From the sequence record SRR31156797_860: 38,126 nt of DNA. One strand, given 5' to 3'. Within the stretch, counting starts at the first letter, position 1; each line of letters begins with the position of its first letter. Made by a program: the position numbers and the translations under genes. Below the pieces are notes generated by a model, which was not told the DNA's origin, made no database searches, and saw nothing but the letters and a program-made list of their open reading frames with translations. This document shows positions 8,746 to 19,165 of this stretch, piece after piece.

Positions 8746-9906
8746 ATGAAGAAAGTAATGCTAGTATTTGGAACCCGACCTGAAGCCATAAAAATGGCTC
8801 CTTTGGTTAAGGAGTTCCAAAAGAATACAGAACAGTTTGAAACTATTATATGTGTTACGGCACAACATCGTGAAATGTTAGATCAGGTTTTAAATATTTT
8901 TGATATTACACCCGATTACGATTTAGATGTTATGAAAGCGGGGCAAGATCTTTATGATGTTACATCGAGAGTTTTGCTTGGATTACGTGATGTGTTTTCT
9001 GAATGCAAACCGGATTTGGTATTGGTGCATGGAGATACAAGTACTTCAACAACTGCAGCGTTAGCAGCATTCTATCAACAAATCCCTGTTGGACATGTTG
9101 AGGCTGGTTTACGAACGCATAATTTATACTCGCCATGGCCGGAGGAAGCTAACCGTCAGCTAACAGGTCGTTTAGCTAAATGCCACTTCGCCCCAACGGA
9201 ATTATCTAAGCAGAATCTGCTAAGCGAAGGTATAAATGATGCAGATATTTATGTAACTGGTAATACGGTTATTGATGCTCTTCATTTAGCACTTAATAAA
9301 ATTAAATCTGATCCGGAACTACAAAAATCTATAGATATTACATTAGAAGAGAAAGGATTTAAAATAAAAAATCAGTCTAATACTGGGAATGAATTGAGGA
9401 ATAGAAAGATTATCTTGGTAACAGGACATCGCCGTGAAAACCATGGACAAGGCTTTATTAATATCTGTTCTGCACTTAAGCAAATTGCTGAAATCTACCC
9501 TCAAGTAGATATTGTTTATCCCGTACATCTTAATCCCAACGTTCAGAAACCAGTTTACGAAATGTTAAAAGGGATGGAAAACGTATATTTAATCGAGCCG
9601 TTAGAGTATCTTCCATTTTTACATTTAATGAGCCTATCGACAATTGTGTTGACTGATTCTGGAGGAATACAAGAGGAAGCACCAGGATTAGGGAAACCAG
9701 TAATTGTGATGCGAGACACTACAGAACGCCCAGAAGCGGTTGAAGCGGGCACAGTTAAATTGGTGGGAACAAAATCAGAATCTATTGTATTTGAAATATC
9801 AAGATTACTTGACGATAAAGTTTATTACGAAAGTATGTCTCTTGCTAATAATCCTTATGGTGATGGGAAGGCATGTGAGAGGATAGTTGGGATAAATAAA
9901 AGATAA
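8746..9906 (+). CDS. wecB: UDP-N-acetylglucosamine 2-epimerase (non-hydrolysing)
   Basis: [19 protein letters not shown] (true start likely ATG 8746), [39 protein letters not shown] and NPYGDG. Confidence 0.95.
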   Translation: MKKVMLVFGTRPEAIKMAPLVKEFQKNTEQFETIICVTAQHREMLDQVLNIFDITPDYDLDVMKAGQDLYDVTSRVLLGLRDVFSECKPDLVLVHGDTSTSTTAALAAFYQQIPVGHVEAGLRTHNLYSPWPEEANRQLTGRLAKCHFAPTELSKQNLLSEGINDADIYVTGNTVIDALHLALNKIKSDPELQKSIDITLEEKGFKIKNQSNTGNELRNRKIILVTGHRRENHGQGFINICSALKQIAEIYPQVDIVYPVHLNPNVQKPVYEMLKGMENVYLIEPLEYLPFLHLMSLSTIVLTDSGGIQEEAPGLGKPVIVMRDTTERPEAVEAGTVKLVGTKSESIVFEISRLLDDKVYYESMSLANNPYGDGKACERIVGINKR

Positions 9907-9917
9907 AATTACATATT

Positions 9918-11180
9918 ATGAAGAATATAGTTGTAATAGGATTAGGTTATGTCGGTCTGCCCTTGGCTGTGGAATTTGCAAAAAAACGTGTTGTTATAGG
10001 TTTTGATATTAAGCAAGAACGAGTTGATGAACTTAATGAAGGTCATGATCCTACACTAGAAGTTGAAGATGCCGATTTACAATCTGTATTGAAAGGAAAC
10101 TTAAAATTAACTACGAATATTGAGGATATCAGTGATGCTCAAATATATATAATTGCAGTTCCTACACCTACAGATAAGAATAATCGACCTGATCTGACTC
10201 CTTTGCTTAAATCGAGTAAGACAGTGGCTAAGGTATTAAAGGATGGTGATATTGTAATATATGAATCTACTGTTTACCCGGGTGCAACCGAAGATGATTG
10301 TGTTCCAGTTCTTGAGAAAGTATCTGGCAAAAAAGTGAATCAACATTTTTACGTGGGATATTCACCTGAACGTATTAATCCTGGCGACAAAATACACACT
10401 CTTACTACGATTACGAAAGTAACATCTGGCTCTACCCCAGAGATTGGTATAGAAATCGATAATTTATATAAGGAGATTGTGACAGCTGGAACTCATTTAG
10501 CGCCTACAATAAAGGTTGCCGAGGCAGCTAAGGTTATTGAGAATTCTCAACGTGATATTAATATTGCTTTCGTAAATGAATTGTCTAAAATATTCAATAA
10601 AATGGGGATTGATACTCTCGATGTTTTGGAAGCTGCAAGTTCAAAATGGAATTTTCTCCCATTTCGTCCTGGATTAGTTGGAGGGCATTGTATTGGTGTA
10701 GATCCTTTTTATTTGGCTCAAAAGGCGCAGGAGGTTGGCTATCACCCTGAGATAATTTTAGCTGGTAGAAGGTTAAATGATTCTATGGGTGCATATGTAG
10801 CTGGAGAAACTGTTAAGCTAATGCTTAAAGCTGGAAAAACTGTACGCAATGCAAAAGTATTAATGTTGGGAATTACTTTTAAAGAAAATTGTCCTGATAT
10901 ACGTAATACGCGTGCAATAGATATATATGAAGAGTTAAGGTCTTTTGGCACGGATGTCGAGGTTTATGACCCTTGGGCAAAAAGCGAGGAGGTTAAGCAG
11001 GAATATGGCATTTCGATTTTACCAGAATTAAATGGAAATAATTACGATGCTGTTATATTGGCTGTATCGCATAACGAGTTTATGCAACTTAACCTTAAAA
11101 AATTAAAATCAAGCAAGGATGCTGTGGTATTTGATGTAAAAGGGATTTTGGATAAAGAGTTTGTTGATGGTCGTTTATAA
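9918..11180 (+). CDS. UDP-N-acetylhexosamine 6-dehydrogenase (WbpO/TviB/Gna-like)
   Basis: GLGYVGLPLA, YESTVYPG, GYSPERINPGD, AEAAKVIENSQRD, PGLVGGHCIGVDP and GITFKENCPDIRN. Confidence 0.92.
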   Translation: MKNIVVIGLGYVGLPLAVEFAKKRVVIGFDIKQERVDELNEGHDPTLEVEDADLQSVLKGNLKLTTNIEDISDAQIYIIAVPTPTDKNNRPDLTPLLKSSKTVAKVLKDGDIVIYESTVYPGATEDDCVPVLEKVSGKKVNQHFYVGYSPERINPGDKIHTLTTITKVTSGSTPEIGIEIDNLYKEIVTAGTHLAPTIKVAEAAKVIENSQRDINIAFVNELSKIFNKMGIDTLDVLEAASSKWNFLPFRPGLVGGHCIGVDPFYLAQKAQEVGYHPEIILAGRRLNDSMGAYVAGETVKLMLKAGKTVRNAKVLMLGITFKENCPDIRNTRAIDIYEELRSFGTDVEVYDPWAKSEEVKQEYGISILPELNGNNYDAVILAVSHNEFMQLNLKKLKSSKDAVVFDVKGILDKEFVDGRL

Positions 11181-11197
11181 ATGTATAGTTTATCATA

Positions 11198-12247
11198 ATG
11201 AAAAGAATAATTGAGAAAGCAACAGTCCTAGTAACAGGTGGAGCAGGTTTTATTGGCTCAAATTTGTGTGAGGCTCTTCTACAGCAAAATAATAAGGTAG
11301 TTTGTCTTGATAACTTTATGACAGGCTATCGTCACAATATACTACCTTTCCTTAGCAATTCAAACTTTACCCTTATTGAAGGGGATATTCGTAACTATAA
11401 TGATTGCCAAAAGGCAGTAGAAGGTGTAGACTATGTATTACATCAAGCGGCCCTTGGTTCGGTACCACGTTCTATAAAAGATCCTATGACCACTACGGAT
11501 GTTAATATTGGTGGTTTTGTCAAAATTTTACATGCCGCGGCAGAAGCAAAAGTAAAGCGCTTTGTTTATGCCGCTTCTTCTTCCACTTATGGCGACTCAG
11601 AAGCTCTACCTAAGGTAGAGCATGAAATAGGAAATGCTCTTTCTCCCTATGCCATTACCAAGTATGTGAATGAGTTATATGCCAAAAACTTTGGCGATTT
11701 GTATGACATTGAAACTATTGGTCTGCGTTATTTCAATGTTTTTGGACGTCGTCAGGATCCCAATGGAGCCTACGCTGCTGTTATTCCTTTGTTTGTGAAA
11801 ACTTTAATGGCACATGAATCTCCTGTAATCAATGGAGACGGTACCTTCTCTCGTGATTTTACATATATTGACAACGTGATACAAGCCAATCAATTAGCCG
11901 CCATAACTCCAACAGAAATAATTCAGAATCGAAGTAAAAGATATATGGCTAAACATGGTCTCACATTTGATGAATCAGATTGCAAAACTATTTCTGAGGT
12001 TTTTAATGTTGCATTTGGTGAGCGCACTAACTTAAATGAATTGATTGATTCACTTAAATCCAATCTTGCCACATTCGATGTTAATATTGCTGAGGTCGAA
12101 GTTATTCATGGTCCTGTTCGATCTGGCGATATACCTCACTCTCTGGCTTCTATTGAAAAAGGGCGTGCATTGTTAGGTTATGATCCGAAATTTTCAATAA
12201 AAGATGGAATAAAGGAAGCCTCAGAATGGTATTGGAAAAATTTGTGA
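11198..12247 (+). CDS. SDR UDP-GlcNAc(A) 4-epimerase (WbpP/TviC-like)
   Basis: TGGAGFIGS, HQAALGSVPRS, AASSSTYGD, SPYAITKYVNELY, RYFNVFGRRQDPNGAYAAVIP and RDFTYIDNV. Confidence 0.92.
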   Translation: MKRIIEKATVLVTGGAGFIGSNLCEALLQQNNKVVCLDNFMTGYRHNILPFLSNSNFTLIEGDIRNYNDCQKAVEGVDYVLHQAALGSVPRSIKDPMTTTDVNIGGFVKILHAAAEAKVKRFVYAASSSTYGDSEALPKVEHEIGNALSPYAITKYVNELYAKNFGDLYDIETIGLRYFNVFGRRQDPNGAYAAVIPLFVKTLMAHESPVINGDGTFSRDFTYIDNVIQANQLAAITPTEIIQNRSKRYMAKHGLTFDESDCKTISEVFNVAFGERTNLNELIDSLKSNLATFDVNIAEVEVIHGPVRSGDIPHSLASIEKGRALLGYDPKFSIKDGIKEASEWYWKNL

Positions 12248-12276
12248 TTTAACTATAAAAAGAATGAGCTTTTAAT

Positions 12277-13314
12277 ATGAAAATTCTAATAACAGGATCT
12301 GCGGGCTTTATCGGATTCCACCTAGTGGAAAGATTGGTAAAGGAAGGGAATGAAGTAGTAGGGATTGATAATATCAATGATTACTATGATGTAAACTTAA
12401 AATATGCTCGCCTATCTGAAGCTGGAATCAATAGACAGCTTATAAAAGATATTGGGCACATGGTACAAAGTAGCAAACATCCAAATTATCGCTTTGCTAA
12501 AATTGATATTACTGATCGTACAAATTTAGAAAAGCTTTTTAATACAGAAAAATTTACCCATGTGATTAATCTTGCAGCTCAGGCAGGTGTACGTTATTCC
12601 ATTGAAAATCCACATGCCTATGTGCAATCTAATATAGTCGGTTTTGTAAATATTTTAGAATGTTGTAGGCATAATAAAATTGAACACTTTGTTTACGCTT
12701 CAAGTTCTTCTGTTTACGGAGCGAACTCAAAGGTGCCTTTTTCGGAAGGAGATCGTGTAGATCATCCTGTTTCATTATATGCAGCAAGTAAAAAGAGTAA
12801 TGAGTTAATGGCACATACTTATAGTCATTTGTATAATTTACCAACAACAGCTTTGCGCTTTTTTACTGTGTACGGTCCGTTGGGACGACCTGATATGGCT
12901 CCAATGTTATTTGCCAATGCTATAACAAAGGGAGAGGCTATAAAGGTGTTTAATAATGGAGATATGGAACGAGATTTCACCTATGTTGACGATATAGTAG
13001 AAGGTGTTGGTCTTGTTTGTAAGCAACAACCAATTAGAAAAAATGAAAAACCGCCTTTTTCTATTTATAATATTGGAAATAGTCAACCAATAAGACTAAT
13101 GGATTTCATTTCTTGTTTAGAAGAGCAATTTGGTTTGAATGCTCAAAAGAATTTTATGGCAATGCAAGATGGTGATGTAAAAAGGACTTGGGCTGATACA
13201 AGTGCACTTGAAAAAAGAATCCAATATAAACCGAATACAGTAATTGAAGAAGGCGTTAAAAAGTTTGTTAAATGGTATCAAGAATATTTTGGTGAAACTA
13301 GAATAAAGAATTAA
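12277..13314 (+). CDS. NAD-dependent epimerase, UDP-glucuronate 4-epimerase type
   Basis: GIDNINDYYDVNLK, LAAQAGVRYSIENP, SSSSVYG, PVSLYAASKK, RFFTVYGP.GRPDMA and RDFTYVDDIV. Confidence 0.92.
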   Translation: MKILITGSAGFIGFHLVERLVKEGNEVVGIDNINDYYDVNLKYARLSEAGINRQLIKDIGHMVQSSKHPNYRFAKIDITDRTNLEKLFNTEKFTHVINLAAQAGVRYSIENPHAYVQSNIVGFVNILECCRHNKIEHFVYASSSSVYGANSKVPFSEGDRVDHPVSLYAASKKSNELMAHTYSHLYNLPTTALRFFTVYGPLGRPDMAPMLFANAITKGEAIKVFNNGDMERDFTYVDDIVEGVGLVCKQQPIRKNEKPPFSIYNIGNSQPIRLMDFISCLEEQFGLNAQKNFMAMQDGDVKRTWADTSALEKRIQYKPNTVIEEGVKKFVKWYQEYFGETRIKN

Positions 13315-13320
13315 TAAAGT

Positions 13321-14754
13321 ATGAAAATTACAAATATTTGTTGTATTGGCGCTGGTTATGTAGGTGGTCCAACCATGGCTGTAATTGCTCAAAAATGTCC
13401 GCATATCGATGTTCATGTAGTTGATTTGAATGAACAGCGTATTGCGGATTGGAATGATGCTGATTTGGAAAAACTGCCAATATACGAACCAGGCTTAGCA
13501 GATGTGGTAGCGGAGGCTCGAGGTCGTAATCTGACTTTCTCGACTGATGTAGAAAAAGCTATTGATGAAGCAGAATTGATTTTTATTTCCGTGAATACTC
13601 CAACCAAAACTTATGGTGTGGGTAAAGGAATGGCTGCAGATTTGAAGTTTATTGAGTTGTGTGCTCGTCAAATTGCAAAAGTTGCGAATGACGATAAAAT
13701 TATTGTTGAAAAATCAACTCTACCAGTTCGAACGGCAGAAGCACTTCGTACTATTTTACATTCTACCGGTAATGGAGTGAAATTTGATATCTTATCTAGT
13801 CCTGAGTTCTTGGCAGAAGGTACAGCAATACAAGATTTACACAATCCAGATCGTTTTTTGATTGGTGGGGAACAAAGCGAAAGTGGAGATGCAGCTGTGC
13901 AAGCTTTGGTGGATGTGTATTTAAATTGGGTACCACGTGAGAATATTGTGACCACTCGTGTTTGGTCTTCCGAATTGTCTAAATTGACAGCCAATGCGTT
14001 CTTGGCGCAACGCGTTTCATCAATTAATGCTATTTCTGCATTGTGTGAAAAAACAGGTGCTGATGTGGATGAAATTGCACGGGCTATTGGTAAGGATTCT
14101 CGTATTGGAGCGAAATTCCTGAAATCATCTGTAGGTTTTGGTGGTTCTTGTTTCCAAAAAGACATTCTAAACTTAGTATACCTTTGTCGTCATTTTAATT
14201 TACCAGAAGTTGCAGATTATTGGGAACAGGTTATTAAAATGAACGATTATCAGAAGCATCGCTTTGCTAAGAATATTATTGATAGCTTATTCAATACAGT
14301 TTCGGGTAAGAAGATTGCCTTCCTAGGGTGGGCTTTTAAGAAAGACACCAATGATACTCGTGAGACACCTGCAATCTACGTTGCAGATGAATTGTTACAG
14401 GACAGAGCCGAGATACATGTCTACGATCCAAAAGTGTCTAAAGAACAAATTCTTTCTGATTTGGAGTATTTACAAACTCACCGTGTTGGAAACTATGTAG
14501 AGAAAGGAGAAGTAATGACTATGGAAGAGATTCGTTCTTTAGTCACTATTCATTCTGATCCTTATTTAGCCATGAACTCTGCTCATGCAACTGCGATCCT
14601 TACGGAATGGGATGAATTTGCAACTTATGATTGGCAAAAGATTTACAATGAAATGTTGAAGCCAGCATTTGTATTTGATGGAAGGAATATTGTGGATAAA
14701 GATCAGTTAGGTGAAATAGGTTTTGAAGTCTACAATATTGGAAAAGGTGTATAA
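13321..14754 (+). CDS. ugd: UDP-glucose 6-dehydrogenase (long, eukaryote-like subgroup)
   Basis: [60 protein letters not shown] and [13 protein letters not shown]. Confidence 0.93.
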   Translation: MKITNICCIGAGYVGGPTMAVIAQKCPHIDVHVVDLNEQRIADWNDADLEKLPIYEPGLADVVAEARGRNLTFSTDVEKAIDEAELIFISVNTPTKTYGVGKGMAADLKFIELCARQIAKVANDDKIIVEKSTLPVRTAEALRTILHSTGNGVKFDILSSPEFLAEGTAIQDLHNPDRFLIGGEQSESGDAAVQALVDVYLNWVPRENIVTTRVWSSELSKLTANAFLAQRVSSINAISALCEKTGADVDEIARAIGKDSRIGAKFLKSSVGFGGSCFQKDILNLVYLCRHFNLPEVADYWEQVIKMNDYQKHRFAKNIIDSLFNTVSGKKIAFLGWAFKKDTNDTRETPAIYVADELLQDRAEIHVYDPKVSKEQILSDLEYLQTHRVGNYVEKGEVMTMEEIRSLVTIHSDPYLAMNSAHATAILTEWDEFATYDWQKIYNEMLKPAFVFDGRNIVDKDQLGEIGFEVYNIGKGV

Positions 14755-14782
14755 ATGAGATTTTATTCTAAGAAAAAATGTA

Positions 14783-15991
14783 ATGATTAATATTAATGGG
14801 TTTATATCAAAGCATGTCACTAAACGTGAAAAAAGTATGTTTAGTGATGATATTCAAAATAATCATCCTCAGTTAGAAAATCAGGTTAAAGATAAGTCCG
14901 TTTTGGTTATTGGCGGTGCTGGTACAATTGGTAGTTCGTTTATTAGAGCTTTATTGCCATTTCAACCAAAATCATTGACCGTGGTTGATATTAATGAGAA
15001 TGGGTTGACTGAATTAACTAGAGATTTGAGAAGTACGAAAGGAATGTTTGTTCCTGAAGAGTATGTGACTTATCCTATGAGTTATGCGGATACTGTGTTT
15101 TCAAAAATGTTTGAGGCTTATGGTGGCTTTGATATAGTAGCTAATTTTTCAGCACACAAGCATGTACGTAGTGAGAAAGATCGTTTTTCGGTGGAAGCAT
15201 TACTACGAAACAATGTCATTAATGCAAAGCGATTACTCGATTTATTAGAAGTTTATAAGCCGAAACATTTTTTCTGTGTATCTACCGATAAAGCTGCTAA
15301 CCCTGTTAATATAATGGGTGCAAGTAAAAAGATCATGGAAGATATGATTATGACTTATTCCACTTCTTATCCTGTGACGACTGCTAGATTTGCGAATGTG
15401 GCTTTTTCTAATGGTTCTTTACCAGCTGGTTTTTTAGAGCGTTTATCAAAACAGCAGCCTATTTCAGCACCATCTGATGTGACACGCTATTTTGTTTCAC
15501 CAGAGGAGAGTGGTCAGATTTGTTTATTGGCATGTATTTTAGGTAATAGTGGTGAAATTTATTTTCCTAAGTTGCAAAAAGAGCAGGTTATGACTTTTTC
15601 TGCAATGGCAGATGTTCTTTTGAAAGATTTAGGTTATGAAATTGAGAGATGTAAATCTGATGAAGAGGCGATTTTTAAAGCTCAAAAATTAATCAGCGAT
15701 TATAAAAAATATCCGGTTTATTATTCAGGAAGTAACACAACAGGAGAGAAAGCTTACGAAGAATTTTATACTGAGGATGAATGTACTGATTTGGAAAGAT
15801 ATATTTCTCTTGGTGTGGTTACTGACTTAAAGCCAAGAACAAAAGAAGATTTGAACTCTTTGTTGGATTCTTTGGAGCAAGCATTTGATAATTTGTCAAT
15901 AACAAAAGCAGAGATTGTGAATATCATGAAGAAATTCCTTGTGAATTTTGACCATGTTGAGATGGGAAAAACCTTAGATTCAAAAATGTAA
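14783..15991 (+). CDS. Soluble NDP-GlcNAc 4,6-dehydratase (LegB-like)
   Basis: GGAGTIGS, SAHKHVRSE, STDKAANPVNIMGASK and RFANVAFSNGS. No TM region. It heads the nonulosonate block. Confidence 0.85.
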   Translation: MININGFISKHVTKREKSMFSDDIQNNHPQLENQVKDKSVLVIGGAGTIGSSFIRALLPFQPKSLTVVDINENGLTELTRDLRSTKGMFVPEEYVTYPMSYADTVFSKMFEAYGGFDIVANFSAHKHVRSEKDRFSVEALLRNNVINAKRLLDLLEVYKPKHFFCVSTDKAANPVNIMGASKKIMEDMIMTYSTSYPVTTARFANVAFSNGSLPAGFLERLSKQQPISAPSDVTRYFVSPEESGQICLLACILGNSGEIYFPKLQKEQVMTFSAMADVLLKDLGYEIERCKSDEEAIFKAQKLISDYKKYPVYYSGSNTTGEKAYEEFYTEDECTDLERYISLGVVTDLKPRTKEDLNSLLDSLEQAFDNLSITKAEIVNIMKKFLVNFDHVEMGKTLDSKM

Positions 15992-17130
15992 TGTGTAAGG
16001 AAACTGTAGATTTTATAAAAGAACTTTATCAGTCAGAACAATTCATACCTCTACATAAGCCCATATTTATGGGTAATGAAAAGAAATATCTTGAGGAATG
16101 TATCGATTCAACATTTGTGTCTAGTGTTGGAAAGTTTGTTGATCGTTTTGAGGAAATGATGGCTGATTATACTGGAGCGAACAAAGCTGTAGTTTGTGTT
16201 AATGGAACAAATGCTCTGCAGATGGCTTTACTTTTGGTTGGTGTCGAAAGAGAAGATGAGATTTTGACTCAAGCTTTAACCTTTATTGCGACTGCTAATG
16301 CTATTTCTTATTGTGGAGCACATCCTGTTTTTTTGGATGTTGATAAGGAAACCATGGGACTTTCGCCTGATGCTGTAGAAAATTGGCTTAAAAATCACGC
16401 TATTTTAAAAAATGGTGTTTGTTATAATAAAATGACAGGTCGAAGGATTAAAGCTTGTGTACCCATGCACACTTTTGGTCATCCTATGAGAATTGATGAA
16501 TTGATTGCTGTTTGTAAGCGATATAATATTGAATTGGTTGAGGATGCTGCTGAGAGCTTAGGGAGTTATTATAAGGGTAAACATACAGGAACTTATGGTA
16601 AGATAGGTATTTTAAGTTTTAATGGGAATAAAACCATTACAACCGGTGGTGGAGGTATGCTCCTGTTTAACGATGATAAATTGGCTAAACATGCGAAACA
16701 TTTGACTACTCAGGCTAAAATTCCACATGCATGGGAATTTGCTCATGATGATATAGGCTATAATTACAGAATGCCCAATTTGAATGCTGCTCTTGGTTGT
16801 GCTCAGCTAGAGGTTATTGATAAGATATTAGAAAGTAAACGAAATATTGCTAAAGCTTATAGAGAACATTTTATCGGTTCCGAAATAGAATATTTTGATG
16901 AGCCTAAAGACTGTCAATCGAACTATTGGCTAAATGCAATATTATTACCAAGCAAGGAAGAACGCGATGCCTTCTTAAAGTATTCCAATTCGAACGGAGT
17001 AATGACAAGACCGATTTGGCAATTGATGAACTCTATGCAAATGTTTAAAGATTGTCAAACTGATAAATTAGCCAATTCAATTTGGTTTGAAGATAGAGTT
17101 GTTAATATTCCTAGTAGTGTAAAATTATGA
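15991..17130 (+). CDS. legC: LegC-family PLP aminotransferase (DegT/DnrJ/EryC1/StrS)
   Basis: FIPLH.P.F.GNEKKYL.ECIDSTFVSSVG, EDAAESLGS, SFNGNKTITTGGGG and GYNYRMPNLNAALG. Coupled to the previous gene by a TAATG overlap. Confidence 0.9.
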   Translation: MCKETVDFIKELYQSEQFIPLHKPIFMGNEKKYLEECIDSTFVSSVGKFVDRFEEMMADYTGANKAVVCVNGTNALQMALLLVGVEREDEILTQALTFIATANAISYCGAHPVFLDVDKETMGLSPDAVENWLKNHAILKNGVCYNKMTGRRIKACVPMHTFGHPMRIDELIAVCKRYNIELVEDAAESLGSYYKGKHTGTYGKIGILSFNGNKTITTGGGGMLLFNDDKLAKHAKHLTTQAKIPHAWEFAHDDIGYNYRMPNLNAALGCAQLEVIDKILESKRNIAKAYREHFIGSEIEYFDEPKDCQSNYWLNAILLPSKEERDAFLKYSNSNGVMTRPIWQLMNSMQMFKDCQTDKLANSIWFEDRVVNIPSSVKL

Positions 17131-17762
17131 AGAAAGTAATTGTTATTGGAAGTGGAGGTCACGCAAAAGTAGTTATAGATATCCTACTTGAGATGGGTGA
17201 TGTTGAAATTTGTGGGATCACATCAAATTCATTAATGATTGGGACTGAATTTGCAGGATACCCAATTATAGGAGATGATTCTGAATTGATTAAGTTCAAA
17301 GATCTGGATTACCAAATTGCTATGGGATTGGGGGGGTATCGTGATAATAGTTTGAGAGAGAGTTTATATAATCATATAAAAGGTTTGGGTTTAGAATTTA
17401 TTAATGTAATACATCCATCAGCTATTATTTCATCGACAGCAGAACTCGGCGAATGTGTTGTTGTTTTTCCTGGAGTAATATTAAATACAGATGTGAAGAT
17501 CGGAAATAATTCAATTATTGCAACAGGTTCAACAATTGACCATGAAACTATTATTGGAAATAATGTATTAGTTTCTGCAGGAGTTACAATTGGTGCATAT
17601 TCAACTATTAATGATTGTTCCTTATTAGCTCTTGGATCAAAAATTATTTCTGGAATTTCAATTGGAAGAAATGCTTTAATTGGTGCTGGTGCAGTTGTTA
17701 TAAAAGATGTACTGGATAACCAAACAGTTTATGGGATACCAGCATTACCAAAGAAAAGATAG
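17127..17762 (+). CDS. NeuD/PglD-family sugar acetyltransferase (hexapeptide repeat; probable LegH role)
   Basis: IGSGGHAKVV, IHPSAIIS, hexapeptide repeats, IDHE and GAGAVV.KDV...YGIPA. ATGA overlap with legC. Confidence 0.88.
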   Translation: MKKVIVIGSGGHAKVVIDILLEMGDVEICGITSNSLMIGTEFAGYPIIGDDSELIKFKDLDYQIAMGLGGYRDNSLRESLYNHIKGLGLEFINVIHPSAIISSTAELGECVVVFPGVILNTDVKIGNNSIIATGSTIDHETIIGNNVLVSAGVTIGAYSTINDCSLLALGSKIISGISIGRNALIGAGAVVIKDVLDNQTVYGIPALPKKR

Positions 17763-17876
17763 TTTATGTATAAGGAATTGTATTATTATCGATGTGTAAC
17801 AAAGTATTTAAAAGAAAATTGTTTTTTCTCCAAATTAGGCTTAAAATATAACGATAGAAGAAAAATTTGAGTCAAT

Positions 17877-18030
17877 GTTTTAACTACAATTTTTTCCAGT
17901 TTCTGAAAAATATGTAGATTTTTTTAATCATTGTAAAAAGAGATTAGCAAAGATTTTAATATCTTGATAGTCTGTGATGGCATTGTAATTTTCGTAGCTG
18001 TAAATTATATTATTTAAATATTATTGAAGA
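17877..18030 (+). pseudogene. Probable eroded N-terminal relic of a GT2/GT-A glycosyltransferase
   Basis: With two frameshifts at T runs and one stop it reads VLTTIF/PVSEKYVDFF/SL*KEISKDFNILIVCDGI, resembling the GT2 'SL..QTYKDF.IIVV.DG' pattern. Confidence 0.35.
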
Positions 18031-18157
18031 GAATCTTTGGACATATTAATTTAGGTTCGAACTGAATTATTGATGAAGGGACTCTTTTAATATAATTCTA
18101 TGGATTCAAATGTAATTAGAGTGGGAGTATTTGAAAATTCATATTAACAAAAAAGGG

Positions 18158-19162
18158 ATGAGTAAGGTTTTTATTATAGCAGAGGCTGGAGTTAATCATA
18201 ATGGGGATGTTAATGTAGCAAAACAACTAATTGATGCGGCTGTTTGTGCAGGCGTTGACGCAATAAAATTTCAAACATTTAAAACTGAGTTGTGTATTTC
18301 ACGTAAAACGAAAAAAGCAACTTATCAACTTGAGTCAACCAAAGCTACTGAATCACAGTTTAATATGGTTAAAAAATTAGAATTGGATGAAGCTACTCAT
18401 CGTGAACTATTAAGTTATTGTAATACTAATGGTATCATTTTTTTGTCTACTCCATTTGATGACGAGAGCATTGAATTACTGAATGAGTTAGAGATTGAGA
18501 TTTTTAAAATTCCATCGGGAGAAATTACAAATTTGCCATATCTCGAAAAAATTGGTTCTTTAAATAAGAAAATTATTCTTTCTACTGGCATGTCATCCCT
18601 TGCTGATATCGAAATGGCCTTAAAAGTTCTTGAGAAAAATGGAACGCTAAAGTCTAATATTGTTGTTTTACATGCTAATACCGAATATCCAACTCCAATG
18701 AGGGATGTTAATTTAAAGGCTATGAATACAATTGGTACAGCTTTTAATGTGCCTATAGGCTATTCCGATCATACTTTAGGTATTGAAGTTCCTATTGCCG
18801 CGGTTGCTATGGGTGCTTCTGTTATCGAGAAACACTTTACTTTGGATAATACAATGGAAGGACCTGATCATAAAGCAAGTTTGGAGCCTGATGAATTGAC
18901 TAAAATGGTTAAAACCATTAGGAATATAGAAATTGCTTTAGGAAGTTCAATTAAGATACCAACAGAAAGCGAAAGCAAAAATATTAACGTCATACGAAAG
19001 AGTATAGTCGCTAAAATACCGATTAAACAAGGGGAGGTTTTTTCTGAAAGTAATATTACCATTAAGAGACCTGGAAATGGTATTTCTCCAATGCGTTGGC
19101 ACGAAATTATCGGAAGAATCGCTGAAGCAAATTTTGAGGTAGATGATTTAATTAAAATTTAA
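18158..19162 (+). CDS. neuB: Nonulosonic acid synthase (NeuB/LegI)
   Basis: MSKVFIIAEAGVNHNG (ATG 18158), KFQTF, STPFD, KIPSGEITN, LSTGMS, GYSDHT, EKHFTLD...GPDH and a C-terminal SAF/antifreeze-like domain. Confidence 0.95.
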   Translation: MSKVFIIAEAGVNHNGDVNVAKQLIDAAVCAGVDAIKFQTFKTELCISRKTKKATYQLESTKATESQFNMVKKLELDEATHRELLSYCNTNGIIFLSTPFDDESIELLNELEIEIFKIPSGEITNLPYLEKIGSLNKKIILSTGMSSLADIEMALKVLEKNGTLKSNIVVLHANTEYPTPMRDVNLKAMNTIGTAFNVPIGYSDHTLGIEVPIAAVAMGASVIEKHFTLDNTMEGPDHKASLEPDELTKMVKTIRNIEIALGSSIKIPTESESKNINVIRKSIVAKIPIKQGEVFSESNITIKRPGNGISPMRWHEIIGRIAEANFEVDDLIKI

Positions 19163-19165
19163 AAA

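Noticed and set aside
13795-13865. Ugd variants SSPEF (vs SNPEF) and PDRFL (vs PDRVL) as signs of inactivation
   Set aside because: The catalytic GGSCFQKD Cys and SKL Lys are intact, and Ser at that position occurs in other UDP-glucose dehydrogenases.
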